Positions 1 through 14,779 of a stretch of 64,000 bases of DNA are shown one piece after another. The notes beneath the pieces were generated by a model. That model did not search any database, had not been told where the DNA came from, and saw nothing but the letters and a program-made list of their open reading frames with translations. Every line of letters begins with the position of its first letter. The stretch's first letter is position 1. Source of the stretch: Eledone cirrhosa (lineage: Eukaryota). The position numbers were made by a program, and so were the translations under genes. The DNA lies in assembly GCA_964016885.1 (NCBI GenBank), contig OZ024752.1, positions 1,984,001-2,048,000 of the forward strand, read 5' to 3'.

Positions 1-301
1 TTTCCCGTAATTCATAGTAGTCTGAAACCACATTAGCGCTAACTTCTTGGCTCAATGTACATATTATAAACTATGAACAGCAATATATTGTTGTTCGGCA
101 CAGTATTTTGCTTTGTTTTTAGCCACTCAATGGTAGTTTGTGCGTCATAATCCTTGAACATTGACTACTGTAAAGTAGAATTATGTAGTTCGTATACAAT
201 GAATACTCGCATAAATGTAACATTTGTAATTTATGTATAAATCCTCCACTATTCGAAGAATATTTATTTCTTTGCTCCGATGATAATATTTTCATCACAT
301 A

Positions 302-364
302 GACACACACGCACACACACACACACACACAAACAAACACACACACACACACACACACACACAT
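302..364. repeat. (CA)n microsatellite
   Basis: Directly visible dinucleotide run. Confidence 0.95.
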
Positions 365-2117
365 AATCATAGGATCTGTTGACACACGTTGAATGGTGGA
401 TGGATTCGAATCATTATTTATCAGCATTCCAATATTCCCACCCAATATTAAGCTATAATATTCCGCATTGCTTTTGTCCTGCGAGATATCGATTGATTTG
501 ATATTAAATATATTACGATATTTGCCTGTTTTTATATAGAGTAACCTGCAATGAGACCCTTTATGGTTCCAAACAGATCATGTGATATAAAAAAAATTGT
601 TTGTTGAAACGTGTTTCTGATTTTTCATCACTGGGGTTTCTGGCCAATAATTGGATCTTGCATATAAATGGTTGGATTTGGCATCATGCTATCATACATA
701 TCTAGTATTATAAAGATATGTGTTTTGTCATGTTACATAATTTCCATCTATTGCAGTTCATCATAGAAGATTTCGATCTTTTTTATAATCTCCATCATAA
801 TTTGCTTTCTCTTTTTATAGTCCGTACTTCATATTATGATGATTCACTTTTCACAGAAATGTTCAATGGAAATATGCAATAGTTAAGAGTTCATTTATAA
901 AGATCAATCCTTATTTCTATTCGATATCGAATGGAGTTGGTTTCTCGTGAGCTTTAACCCACACTTAGTAAGTTATTTGGCATCTAGAAGATTAGATAAA
1001 GACATATGCAAACTATTCTGTGCATGTCTAGATTCCTCAATTTTCTCTTCAAATGCTTTATGTTTCTAATTTCCCGTTTTTCATAGATACCCTAGCTTTT
1101 GTTGTATCACTCTTTCTCGTTTTCATTCACGATAGCTTTATATCTTTCCCCTGCCTCTCTTTGCCTACATTTGTCCCAAACTGATCTTTCGAATCCCGGA
1201 TACATATCATCTCACTTCGTTTTAAGCTGCCTGCTTGCCTTCAATTTTAATATTCACCTGATATATATACGGTTTATCCTTCTGCGGTATTTTATACATT
1301 GTGTTCACCGATCAAATATATATTTGCCTAGGTCTATGTTAATCATAATTATATCAAGTTATTCGTCAACCTATCACTTTCTTTTATTCATCAATCCATG
1401 TATTGCTTTTCATGTTAGCTTACTCTCTGTTCTACTTAACCCTGCTCTACTCATTGTTTTTTCATATACGTCGTGTCCCTTTATTTAACACACTTTATAT
1501 GATTTCCTATTACATATATACCCAACAACAAACACTCTCTCATCAATTCTCACGCTCTTTCTCACAGATTCTACCTCTCTTTATATTTACATTTCTTCTA
1601 TATTTGCTTGTTTAATATATTTCCTTCATTATATTATCATTTCATACATCCCTTTCTTTCTCCGTCTTCATTCACCCTATCAAGATTATTACATAAGTTA
1701 TTAGATGTAAGTAAACACGGCCGAGTGTTTAAAGTACTTCCTATTTGATCTAAACTGGTCACAGGTTTAATCTCACAGTTACGTGTCATTTGAAACATAA
1801 TTTTACCATATTTACATGTCTATATATGTTATATTCTGTATAAATTGTGGAGACGTAAAATATATAAAGCCCGTAAGACTTATTTGTTACAAAGATCCAA
1901 ACATATTTCATATTGTGACACATTGATTCCGTTTGAGAATTACTTTAGCTGTAGAGGCGTCTGTGGGGCATTCAAGTACATAAGCAATAATTCCAATCAG
2001 TTGATCAAACAACAATTTCAACCAACGAAATTTACAAAGATTCACCCACTGTATTCAATATATATATTAATAACAGATCGGGGGCCATATTCAGTTCGTT
2101 CAATTTTAATTAAAAAA

Positions 2118-2177
2118 GCTGTTATACATATTTCACTGAGCACTATCAATTATGATAGCCTGAGCTCTTCAGACGGC
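2118..2177 (-). ncRNA. Type I hammerhead ribozyme, probably in a PLE pseudo-LTR remnant
   Basis: Minus strand reads gccgt-CTGAAGA-gctcaggctatcataattgatagtgctcagt-GAAA-tatgta-TA-acagc. Core intact, stem I has one mismatch, stem II has a ctatca/tgatag hairpin, stem III is near-palindromic. Confidence 0.65.
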
Positions 2178-5100
2178 AAAACCTAAAATAAACATAGAAG
2201 GTTCCTGAGAAAACTTTAAATTTTGAAAGAATCTAATAATTTCCCTGTTCTCTTAACCCCTTACTCTCTCTCACCCGCTCTCTCTCTCTGTTCACCCTCT
2301 ATCACCCTCTCTCTCTATCTCTCTCAATAGGAAATTGAACTGAAAATTGATATATATATATAATCTTTCAATTTTCAGTTAAATTTCTTATTTATCAAAC
2401 AAAATTCAGTATATTTCTCACTTAATCACAAGTCTGACCCCATCACCCTAATCGTTTCTCTATCTATCTCACGCATACTTTCTCTGTCTCTCTATTTATT
2501 TCTCAATCTCTCTCTCTCTCACTCACTTACTATCTAGCTGATTGGTCTCCCTCTGAGTGACGTTTTCCAGTTAATTCAGCTAGGGATTAGATGGGCAATT
2601 CTAAACAGTTCACATATTAGAAAATGGTGTTCCTGGTTTAGAAGTGGGCTTAGCAAAGCTTTACATCCTGGTTAGGCATCCTTGGTCGTTTATTGATGCC
2701 AATTAATTATCGCCATGTGAATGTTCCCTCAAATAACTAATGCAAATCATTTGCAGTCAAGCGTTCCACGTGAAAGTTATAGCCGCTATCATGGAATAGT
2801 CAAATTTAGTAGCATCTGCTAATATATAATGACATATTACATCTTCTCAGCAAGCACCCGCCAAATCTCCCATCTTCGTAATTAACTAAGCGCCGAATCA
2901 ATACGACAGAGGATTGAATCTTGTTTCCTGATCATGAATCTATTTACAGTTTCCCACGCATTCAGCCGTTGATGTGTGAAATTTAAATCGGTAATTGGTG
3001 ACTGAATAACTACTTGACGTGGTACCTCACTGTTCGTAAGCTAAAGTTCTCAGTATATGATCCCATATTGTACTTGATCAGATACTTTATTTTATGGGTT
3101 TCAGTGCATGTATGAATTGAAATCTTTCAGTTAATCTCTTATCTTTGAAACAATTCATAATAGCGTAACGTGACTAAAGAAGATACATACAACATATATT
3201 AGAAATGTCGCTATAATTTACTTATGATATTATGTTATTAAGATACTGTTATATCAAATATAATGATGTTCTATGCATCATGCTTCCATACTCATCAATA
3301 TTATGTTGGATTTTAATCATAAATACTGATACACATTGAAACAATAAATTTCAATTGGTGTCTTATCTCAAGATAAACATAACTGATACTGAATTGCGCA
3401 AAAAAGTACATGAAATAAACAATCTCTGAAATACCAATTCACCAAGAAAAGCAAATCACTCAAAGAAAGTACATACATATAATCTACCTGTTTACAATCT
3501 GGGGATACATAATTTTACAAATAATGTATTTTATTCTCTTGTATAATCGATATCGGAGTTTACTATCAACATACTAGATACACCTCTTTTTTTTATTTCA
3601 CTTAGTCATTTTAACACACGTAACTTTCAATTCATTTTTTCAATCCTTGAAATCAAATATGCAAATTACTTGTCCATTATTACTTCATGCTTAAAGAAAC
3701 AAGTAGGTGTTCTCCTGGGGATAATGGATTTTGGAGAAAACGATAAAACATATTATAAAGAGGCGTATATTGTATAGATACACAAATAGGTGGAAGATTG
3801 ATTGGCAGAAATAGAATGTAAATGAGAAATACTCAGCTGTCAACAAACAGCCAAATGGTTAGTGGACTATACGAACATAGAAAAGAGAGAGTGAATGAAA
3901 AAATTATATTGTAAGAGAAAACAGGTGGAAAACGAACGGTACTGTATTACATTTGAGGACGGAATTAGCAATGTAAAAGAGAAAATGACACATAGAGTAA
4001 CAGTAAATGACAGAGAGAGATGAGTGAGAAAGAGAACTGATGTAGAAAAAAAGAGAAGAAATATCAAAACAAACAGCAAGCTATAGAGATAGGGAAAAGA
4101 AGGCGAGCGGATGAGAAGGGATCATGTATTATCGAAGTTGGGGCAGATGTGAGAACATACAGGCATAGACTTTGATTGAGTGTAAAAGATAGGAAAAATG
4201 TAAAACAAAAATAACGACGGCAACATATAGGCAGTTATGAAGCGCACAAATAAAGAATATGTCGATGTATCACTGGGAATATGGGACAGTTGATAGACGA
4301 AAAAGAAGTGAAAATAACTGAACGAAGACAAATTGGAAACAGGAACTACACAGCAAGTTTTCAGGCAAGTAGATGTACAATTGTTCAACATATCTTAAAA
4401 CTACGCTGGTTACTTTATGCCAGTAGAGGATTCTTTTTATCTCTCAAAAAATGCACCGGATCACATTGATGTCTTCTCCCATAATCCTTCATATAGCCAC
4501 AAGGCTTTTGTTGTTTTATTTTCATTTTTATTTTCGAATAACACATATTTCCTTTCAGAATTTTATCATCTGAGGAGGTGTTTAATTCAGTTATTCTATT
4601 CTGTCAAATTACTTCACAGATAAATAATTAAAATATAGTGGCAGAAAAATACATGAAGCATAATTACACTCACACTAGAACGTAATATACATTCTACGAG
4701 GTTATTTTACATGTAAGCACAACTAAGAATACAGAAATTCCTATCTGAACGTTTTCAAAAGGACGTTGTTAATGATGTTAATCTTGGTACCGCACTTTTG
4801 AAAGAAAGGAAATTTGATATTGATAGAATTCCAGTAATCATATGATTCTCAATAGGACTGCTTATTAAGCAAAAAACTTATTTCAAGTACGGAAATGGGG
4901 GAAGCCACTTACAAAAACGGTAACAACGGCATAAATATATCATTGATGCTGTTGTCACCGAATTTTCCTTAAATGGATCATAAAACCAGTGACGTACACG
5001 TTATACCATGTCTACTTGAGGCTGGCTGTCGCGACTTGAATTTGAGTGCTGAGTTAGCCTACTAAGGGAAACATGCTGCAGGCAAAACCGAGCTCTATGG

Positions 5101-5490
5101 GGGTAATTAAATGCCTTGTGTCCATCATTATAACGGCGTCTATTGCTTAGAAGCAGAGCATTTGCCATTCATGAATTTCCACCTCCTCACAGGAAAGAAA
5201 TTTCTTGCGAAACCGGTTCTGAGAAGAGATTAGCATCCCTCAAATAATTAGTTGTTAGTTTCACTTCAGAATAGATTATCCGCCTCTGTTCAAATACCTT
5301 AAGACCTATTGTAATCAGATGTTGCCTCTAGGCACTGTCTGTTGCAACTATTTCCCAGGTTTCAGTGTTGTTATTGATATTCTTCAAAGTACACTTTATG
5401 CTATTGTCGAAACACTTGTGTGTCTTGCACTGCAATCGTTCGCGTTGTAACAGGTTTCTATAAAATACTACTACTAATAATAATAATGAT

Positions 5491-5706
5491 GGTTTATACT
5501 ATAGGCACTAAGTCAGCAAGTATGGGGGAGGGGAAAGTCAATTAATTCGACCACAGTGTATTGCTGGTGCATAACTTTATCAACCCCGGAAGGATGAAAG
5601 GCAAAGCTAACTTCGGCGAGATTTGTACTCAGAACGTAAAGGCCGTGATTCTATGCTTCCAGAAGCATGGTATCCGATGCTCTACCGATTCTGCCAATCA
5701 CCACCA
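5491..5706 (-). mobile_element. tRNA-derived SINE (longer, diverged subfamily)
   Basis: Matches the other copies (aaggatgaaaggcaaag, ctctaccgattctgccaatcacc); adjoins a (TAA)n tract. Confidence 0.85.
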
Positions 5707-5708
5707 CC

Positions 5709-5761
<53 letters not shown>

Positions 5762-8136
5762 TAATAATAATAATACGGATTGTGATGGGAGGAAAAAGAG
5801 GAAGCTTGATGAAACAGGAGAACATATCTATCATGCAAATTTAAAAAAAAACTAATCTACAATATCTAGACATTTAAACAGAAAACCGAATGGAAATATC
5901 ATTAACTCAAATATTAATGAAAGTAAATACAAAATTTCATGGTGAGACTCATAATCATAAATGTGATTAACAGACAATAGTCCTCTAACATACCTCACGA
6001 TTGTAAGAGTAAAATGAAAATAGAATAGCAGCAATATTAATATTATTAACCCAAAACAGGCCAGCCCAGCCAGATTGAAAAATGTATTAGAACATCAGTC
6101 TCATCTACATATTCTATGAAACATGCATAGATTTTTACAAAGGAATGTGTGTACTTCCTATGATCTACACATAAACATAAATATGAAAACAGTAACAAAG
6201 AAATTGAGGAAAATATGTACAGTATAATGTAAAAAAGGGAAATGAAAGCCGCTCTCAATACACAAGCAAATTAAGAAAGAAACGAAAGTAAAATAGAAAA
6301 AAAGAAAACCAAAAACAAACAGAAAATCACATGTATATATAAAAAAAAAACCAAAACCAATGGATGGAACAAAATGAAAATTAAATTCGTTAAATATACA
6401 AAGGATGTGTTCGTATAAGATGGGACACGGATTCTTTGAAGAAAACCGTTAGCAATAGAACATATCTTTTTATATAGAACTCAGAAAGATTAAATTAAAC
6501 TTCGGCAGGGGCCAAGAGGAAGCGAAGCAGTATAATTTGGAGAAATAACGGGAGCATCACATTATCACTAAAGAATACATTGTTCGAAAGAACAAAGCAT
6601 CTGGTATGTTGTGGATGATATAACCACACAAGACATAGCCAGGGTGCTTCAAAATGCAAATAGCTGGAGTGCACCAAGCCCTTATAATATTTCAAAATTA
6701 TTACAAAATAATTAACTGAGGCATATAATTTACTAGTCAGTTTATTAACAGATCTATAAAGAGCGGCTGTCAGTCCCCCTGACGGAAACACTATTTTAAA
6801 AAGCAAGAAATAAAACAACGGATATTAAAAGTACATAAGCTTAACCAGCCTTTCTTTAACCTATTATGAATGATATCAGACTATATCAGAGACAAGAGAA
6901 TACATTTCCCGAAAACCCGAAAACCTTTTTTTTTCTTTTCAGAACAAAAAGACAGCAGGCATCAACATTCGTGGAAGAATAAATATCAATTGCATACAAA
7001 CGACTTAAAGATCGGGAATTAAATGTTTGAGCATGAAGTAACAACCAAAAGTTATTTGGCATAATTTTTCACATTTTGATCTCGTAAATAGTAACCAAGA
7101 TTAAAGTAACACCAATAATAAGAAACATTCATACCCCGTCATTAAATAGACTCTACTACTGCAGACACAACTGAAGAAATCCCAAATGGACCATTCTTTC
7201 TCACTTCTTCTTTTCTTGCATTGACACTTTCAAATGGCATGTTAAACAAAGCTGTCCTCAGACGTACAATCTGGACTATTATAAGATATTTTGTTTTTAA
7301 ATAATTGTAATTTGGACGCTGCATATGGTGCACAATCACAAATAATACAGCGGATATTATGTGGATTTATTAGATACAATTTTAAGAGATGCGTTTCAGA
7401 AATAAACGCCAATGCAAGGTTAACGTAAATAAATTTAATGCTAAACATAAAAAAATACTTTATAGATATTGCAGAGCAAATAGTCATGGAATTACTCGAC
7501 AGTGTGTATCAAATAAAAAAACTGAAAACAATTAAGAGGAATTGTAAAGTAGTTTGACACAACATTTTCAAAGAAAGCGAAAATAAGCCGTTCTGGTAAT
7601 AACATTATTGCGTCTTGAAATATCTAGACAAAAGCTGACAGACAGATGATGTGTTAACTACATATAACGAGAAAATGTTGACCTTAGCCAGGGTAAGAGC
7701 ATGGCTGATGGATACAGAGGAAATAGCCAAGCACATATATACAGAAAAGTGGTTTACATACAAAATTGCAAGATATTGTTAAAAGTGTTTAAAAAAATAT
7801 AGATAAAACATGATATTAAAAATACTGAGTGTGTCATGACGAAAAAAAAAAAGAATATAAAGAAAGCCAGAAAATATTTTTAGCTTGAGAAGATTCACGC
7901 TTACATTAACAATGGATCTTGACATTGCCATTATTCCAATTATATCATCCTTAACTGATCCTTCGTTCAGAAAGTCTATTGCCATAGAAACATTACTTAC
8001 TTTCAGAGTTTAGATATGTCCAGGCTATAAATGATTACGTTGCCTGTGGTTCAATATCTGTAAAAACGCAAATGTTTGTTGGCTGAAATGTTATTTCCAT
8101 TTTCTACACGCATATGTCGAATGCGAATATCGAAGA

Positions 8137-8179
<43 letters not shown>

Positions 8180-8182
<3 letters not shown>

Positions 8183-8306
8183 CGAAGGAGATGTGGTAAG
8201 GAAACAGATGGACCATAACGCACCAAAGTACTCAATACTTAGGGTAGTAGAGTCCAGAATTAGCCGTCGAAACGGCTTGAGCTCAGCCGTCGGGGTCCTG
8301 CTCGTT

Positions 8307-8310
<4 letters not shown>
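8180..8310 (+). mobile_element. Family B short repeat in (TA)n, single-arm (deleted) form
   Basis: Shares ggaccataacgcaccaaagtactc and agccgtcgaaacggcttgagctc with 51218-51417, 53906-54103 and 57961-58085. Confidence 0.8.
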
Positions 8311-8352
<42 letters not shown>

Positions 8353-8357
<5 letters not shown>

Positions 8358-8571
8358 GTTTAAGCAAAGAATCGCTGCTTCCAAACTTAAGGGTTCTTAT
8401 CCCGTTGGGGGGGGAAAAAGGCGATTATTTGCTTAACATCAATTATTTTAATAAGTATTTGCTCTAGGGTTCTTATATATTTGATTCATATTAATCGTTT
8501 CGAGCCCTGTTTGCAATTTAGTCTTCACATATATTATCATTACTATATATATATACATATATATATATATT

Positions 8572-8657
<86 letters not shown>

Positions 8658-8822
8658 TAACAGATTAAAGTTCATGAAAGAATCGCTGCTTTCACACTTA
8701 ACGGATTTCCTGAAACTAAAAGAAAAAATCAATATTTGCACTAGGGTTCTTATATATTTGACATATATTTATCTGTTTCGAGCCCTCTTTGGATTTTAGT
8801 CTTCACATTTATTATTATCACT
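8353..8822. repeat. Two copies of family E short repeat separated by (TA)n
   Basis: aaagaatcgctgctt...tagggttcttatatatttga...gtttcgagccct...tagtcttcacat occurs at 8353-8542 and 8651-8822; related to 14780-14965 and 28873-28960. Confidence 0.75.
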
Positions 8823-8830
8823 ATACACAT

Positions 8831-8866
<36 letters not shown>

Positions 8867-8877
8867 TATTATTATTG

Positions 8878-9570
8878 CTCTGAAATAGCGATGTATATAT
8901 GAGTGTATATATAGTATATTTAATGATATAGTATGTGTTTAATTAAAAACATGAATTTTAAAGTAGTCACTTACATATTCTCGGCAAAAACGAAGGGGAG
9001 TAATCGACAGTCCAGTTTCTCTCTAGTCAGCGGTTACCAAAATTACTTAACCCTTCACTTCTGCCGAGAGATATAGAAGGTGGATTCTTATAGAATTCAA
9101 GTAATATTTAACAGCTGATTAAAATGACCGGAATTCTATAAGTAATCTATAAGTCCTCGGACACAAAAATAATCGAGTGGATGGTAAAAAGCTAGCGCGG
9201 ACTAAATTCCAAGCCATTGAAAATTTCACTGCTTTCATGGTCAGTGGCAAATTTAGTCCGCGCTCGCTTTTTTCCACCGACTGAATTATATTTGTATTGG
9301 ATCCCTGTGTCTGCGCATCGCCAGGAATCTTAGCCGAGAATGACCCCCCTGATGAAGAAAGGATTATCCATTGTCTCCATGTGGAGACTATGTATATCAC
9401 CTTTCAGAAACTAATTAGTTGGAGTGAAATTTAAGTAAATGAGTTAATTACTATAATTTTATTATTTTACGTATTTTATATAATTGTTCTACATCTCTTT
9501 GTATTAAACCACAGAGTTACAAAGGCAAAACCTATATCTCAGCTACTGTAAGTATACATCTGTATAAATA
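8878..9570. mobile_element. Structured non-coding element, divergent relative of the 312-bp HHR repeat, with HHR-like motifs on both strands
   Basis: Shares gctctgaaatagcgat, tgttt..aaacat, attctcg..aaaa..aaggg.agtaatc and cttatagaat with the 43753-44376 unit. Embedded between (TA)n tracts. Confidence 0.6.
9344..9425 (+). ncRNA. Type I hammerhead ribozyme with extended stem II and weak stem I
   Basis: ccccc-CTGATGA-a-gaaagg...gtctcca/tggagac...cctttc-a-GAAAC-taatta-GTT-ggagt. Stem III is the palindrome ACTAATTAGT. Confidence 0.55.
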
Positions 9571-9595
9571 TGTTGGTAGATATACTAATTATTTA

Positions 9596-9642
<47 letters not shown>

Positions 9643-9734
9643 GTATATATATATATAGGTATATATATATATATATATATATAGGTATAGGTATATATAT
9701 ATATATATATAGGTATATATATATATATATATAT

Positions 9735-9771
<37 letters not shown>

Positions 9772-9781
9772 TATATAGGTA

Positions 9782-9850
<69 letters not shown>

Positions 9851-9865
9851 GTATATATATATATG

Positions 9866-9896
<31 letters not shown>

Positions 9897-9898
9897 GT

Positions 9899-9926
<28 letters not shown>

Positions 9927-9929
<3 letters not shown>

Positions 9930-10529
9930 TCAGGTCACCAGTTGGTGCTACTGGTAACATGTATCCCAGTACAACCTGTCTCATGGTCGGGACGTTGGCG
10001 ACTAAACTGGCAACCCCACCAAGGTTTCTTGGTGAGGAGGGTTACTTTGGACATCCTGCAGGACTAAAAACAAAACCTGTCAAAGGGCAAAGGAGCTCTT
10101 AAGAGTCAATGGCCATCCAAAATCACCGGGAGAGATGACCCCTTAGCCTTTGTCAAGGCAGAATTCTAGGAGAAGGAAAACTCTGATATAACACCTGCAA
10201 CCCTGATGGTATCCAATGATGTTGACTTGTTCTTCTTTTTGGTAAATATCATCTTGGTTAAGAGAGTGGGACTGGCTTTGTGCAGTGCCTTTGCTCACTA
10301 TAAAAGCTTCACGGCACAGGCATTGCTTTATATCTGGAGATCTCTCTGCACTTGTCCTCACATGGTACCAGCACTATGTGTCAATAATTGTCACAAGTGT
10401 AGTGTTTGTACCAGAGTTTTCAAGTCGCTGGCTGGACTAAGAAGTCACACTCGTTCAGCGCATCGGTAGGGGTTCTCCTACATGGATATAAAGTAGTGGC
10501 CGTACTCGAAAACGAGTTGGCAGCCACCA

Positions 10530-10530
<1 letters not shown>
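9927..10530 (+). mobile_element. Internally deleted (bipartite) non-autonomous RTE-type element
   Basis: GC-richer island in (TA)n with RTE 5'UTR-like ggagaaggaaaactctga. Ends with an RTE/BovB-type C-terminal C2H2 finger ([23 protein letters not shown], stop at 10469) and a 3' hairpin actcg-aaaa-cgagt. Confidence 0.65.
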
Positions 10531-11296
<766 letters not shown>

Positions 11297-11327
11297 GAGG
11301 ATGGCTCTGAACATTATATATACATGT

Positions 11328-11358
<31 letters not shown>

Positions 11359-11359
11359 T

Positions 11360-11700
11360 GAGGATGGCTCTGAACATTAATCAGTATACACTGAGGATGA
11401 AAAACTCAGAGCTGTATGGGAGCATCCCAAAAGTCAGCTCAAAAGTGACACAGAGGAGACTGAGGTTGGATGGACATGTTCACCGACATCCAGAGTTGAC
11501 ATTGCACTCAGTGCTCCTTTGGGAGCCCCTACATGGACACACTAGAAGAGGAAGACCAAGGTTAACATATGTTGATGCCCTAAGGACAGACACTGGTCTG
11601 TTGGAGATGCAGGATATGGCAGCGATAATGAGGGACAGAGACCGCTGGAGAGAACTCGTCCATGGATCTCGGGAATTTTACCCGCCTTAGATAGATAGAT
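11360..11700 (+). mobile_element. 5'-truncated RTE-clade LINE 3' end
   Basis: RMALNINQ...[14 protein letters not shown]...[21 protein letters not shown]...DRDRWRE, stop, then an (AGAT)n tail. Near-identical to 13258-13585. Confidence 0.9.
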
Positions 11701-11701
11701 G

Positions 11702-11797
<96 letters not shown>

Positions 11798-11803
11798 TAT
11801 TTG

Positions 11804-11836
<33 letters not shown>

Positions 11837-11943
11837 ATATGCATATATATATATATATGTATGTATATATATATATATATATATGTATGTATATATATAT
11901 ATTTATATATATATATGTACATATATATATATATATATGTATG

Positions 11944-11974
<31 letters not shown>

Positions 11975-11979
11975 GTATG

Positions 11980-12010
<31 letters not shown>

Positions 12011-12143
12011 ATGTATGTATATATATATATATATATGTATGTATATATATATATGTATGTATATATATATATATATATGTATGTATATATATATATATAT
12101 GTATGTATATATATATATATGTATGTATATATATATATGTATG

Positions 12144-12176
<33 letters not shown>

Positions 12177-12197
12177 ATATATATATATATATGTATG

Positions 12198-12262
<65 letters not shown>

Positions 12263-12267
12263 GTATG

Positions 12268-12304
<37 letters not shown>

Positions 12305-12331
12305 GTATGTATATATATATATATATGTATG

Positions 12332-12362
<31 letters not shown>

Positions 12363-12381
12363 ATATATATATATATGTATG

Positions 12382-12445
<64 letters not shown>

Positions 12446-12473
12446 TATGTATGTATATATATATATATGTATG

Positions 12474-12508
<35 letters not shown>

Positions 12509-12513
12509 GTATG

Positions 12514-12546
<33 letters not shown>

Positions 12547-12622
12547 GTATGTATATATATATATATGTGTATATATATATATGTATGTATATATATATAT
12601 GTGTATATATATATATGTATGT

Positions 12623-12653
<31 letters not shown>

Positions 12654-12668
12654 TATGTATGTATATAT
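11701..12668. repeat. Interrupted (TA)n/(TATG) microsatellite, about 970 bp
   Basis: Directly visible. Confidence 0.95.
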
Positions 12669-13585
12669 ACTGGCTGGAGTGCTCCAGGGAGATACATTGG
12701 CTCCCTACCTTTTTATCATCGTAGTGGACTATTGTATGCGCCTTGCACTGGAGAAACACCAGGACTCTGGCTTTACTGTAGCACCGGCTCAGAGCAGGAG
12801 AGTTAAGGCGAAAAGGTATCGGATGCTGAATTTGTTGACTACATAGTTTTGGTGACAAATACCATGAAGGAGGCAGCGGATTTGATGCGGGAGGTTGAGA
12901 CTGTGTCGATGAGTGTGGGGCTGAGAATTAATGAGACTAAAACAAAATATCTGGTAGAGAATGTTGAGAAGCCAGAGGGGATCACTAATGTAGGCGGAAA
13001 GCCGCTAGAATTGGTTGAGGGCTTCCTCTATTTGGGAGCAAAGATTGGGAATACGGAAGATGATGTGGTTGAGAGGAAGAGCAAGGCCTGGGCGACGTGC
13101 CACAGCTTGAGTTCGGTCTGGAAGTCGGACATTCGTAGAGACCTGAAAATCCGCCTCTTCATTGCTGTAGTGGAGTCTGTGCTGCTGTATGGGTCTGAGA
13201 CTTGGACACTGACCAAGAAACTCACTCAGATGGTGGATGGGTGCTACACGAGAATGCTGAGAATGGCTCTGAACATTAATCAGTATACACTGAGGATGAA
13301 AAACTCAGAGCTGTATGGGAGCATCCCCAAAGTCAGCTCAAAAGTGACAGAAAGGAGACTGAGGTTAGCTGGACATGCTCACCGATATCTAGAGTTGACA
13401 TTGCACTCAGTGCTCCTGTGGGAGCCCCTACATGGACACACTAGAAGAGGAAGCCAAGGTTAACGTATGTTGATGACACTGGTCTGTTGGAGACGCAGGA
13501 CATGGCAGCGATAATGAGGGACAGAGACCGCTGGAGAGAACTCGTCCATGGATCTCGGGAATTTTACCCGCCTTAGATAGATATA
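12666..13585 (+). pseudogene. 5'-truncated RTE-clade LINE: RT C-terminal half and 3' end, frameshifted
   Basis: [19 protein letters not shown], degenerate catalytic motif FVDYIVL after a frameshift, [29 protein letters not shown]; (AGAT) tail. Confidence 0.92.
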
Positions 13586-13625
13586 TATGTATGTATATAC
13601 ATATATACATATATATATATGTATG

Positions 13626-13667
<42 letters not shown>

Positions 13668-13721
13668 CATATATATATATGTATGTTTATATATGTATAT
13701 ATATATACATATATATATATG

Positions 13722-13763
<42 letters not shown>

Positions 13764-13892
13764 TATATATGCACTCATTCATACACACACGTACTCCCTC
13801 TCTCTTTCTCTCTCTCACACACAAATATATTGATATGCAGACTCCACAATTCAGATCATTCCCAAAACTAATTTTGTTCTGTGAAAATACAC

Positions 13893-13938
13893 AACTACTA
13901 CTACTACTACTACAACTACTACTACTACTACTACTACA

Positions 13939-13986
<48 letters not shown>

Positions 13987-14003
13987 GCTACTACTACTAC
14001 TAC
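13893..14003. repeat. (CTA)n microsatellite
   Basis: Directly visible. Confidence 0.95.
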
Positions 14004-14255
14004 TCTCTACATAAGGTTCCAATTTAGTTGCCCATTTTCGCAACCAGAAAGATTATCTCTTCAACAGTTAACTTAAATTTTTAATTCTTTTGAATTCTTT
14101 TTAATTGTAATATTCAACATTTGATGAGATGATTTACATTGATACAACGATACACTTATACAACGGTTTTTTCAAAAATGTAACTTTGACAAATCAAAGA
14201 AGAAAAAAGAGTAAAACAGATCCTTAAATATATTTTCCGTGCTATTTCAAATTCC

Positions 14256-14317
<62 letters not shown>

Positions 14318-14696
14318 ATATATATATATATCAAATTACAAAATAAGATGAAATAATAGACAAAAATATACATTTTCTTTCTTGAATATCTCGCAACATT
14401 TGTGCATTAGAGACCTGCACCATCGTTGTGAGGCAAATCAGCTTTTCAAGAGACACCACAGAAAGAAATACTGTATTCCCGGCGTGTTTGTAGACAGGGA
14501 AAATATCTGAGGAAGCGGAGGGAGGAATAAATAAATGATACAGTGGTCACAGGCGGATAGTAAGATGGACAGAAAGGGAATATCGTATTTGTTAGAAAAG
14601 GCAGTTAGCACACTCCCGGGTTAACTCAACCATAGCGAGTTTGAGACAATATTATGATGAAACACACATACACGCACACACACACGCACACACGCG

Positions 14697-14778
<82 letters not shown>

Positions 14779-14779
14779 G

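Noticed and set aside
7215-7270. Minus-strand CTGAGGA...GAAA hammerhead candidate
   Set aside because: No supportable stem I or stem II pairing.
10206-10469. Host C2H2 zinc-finger gene exon
   Set aside because: It is a single finger followed by a stop, a 3' hairpin and a microsatellite, typical of RTE ORF ends.
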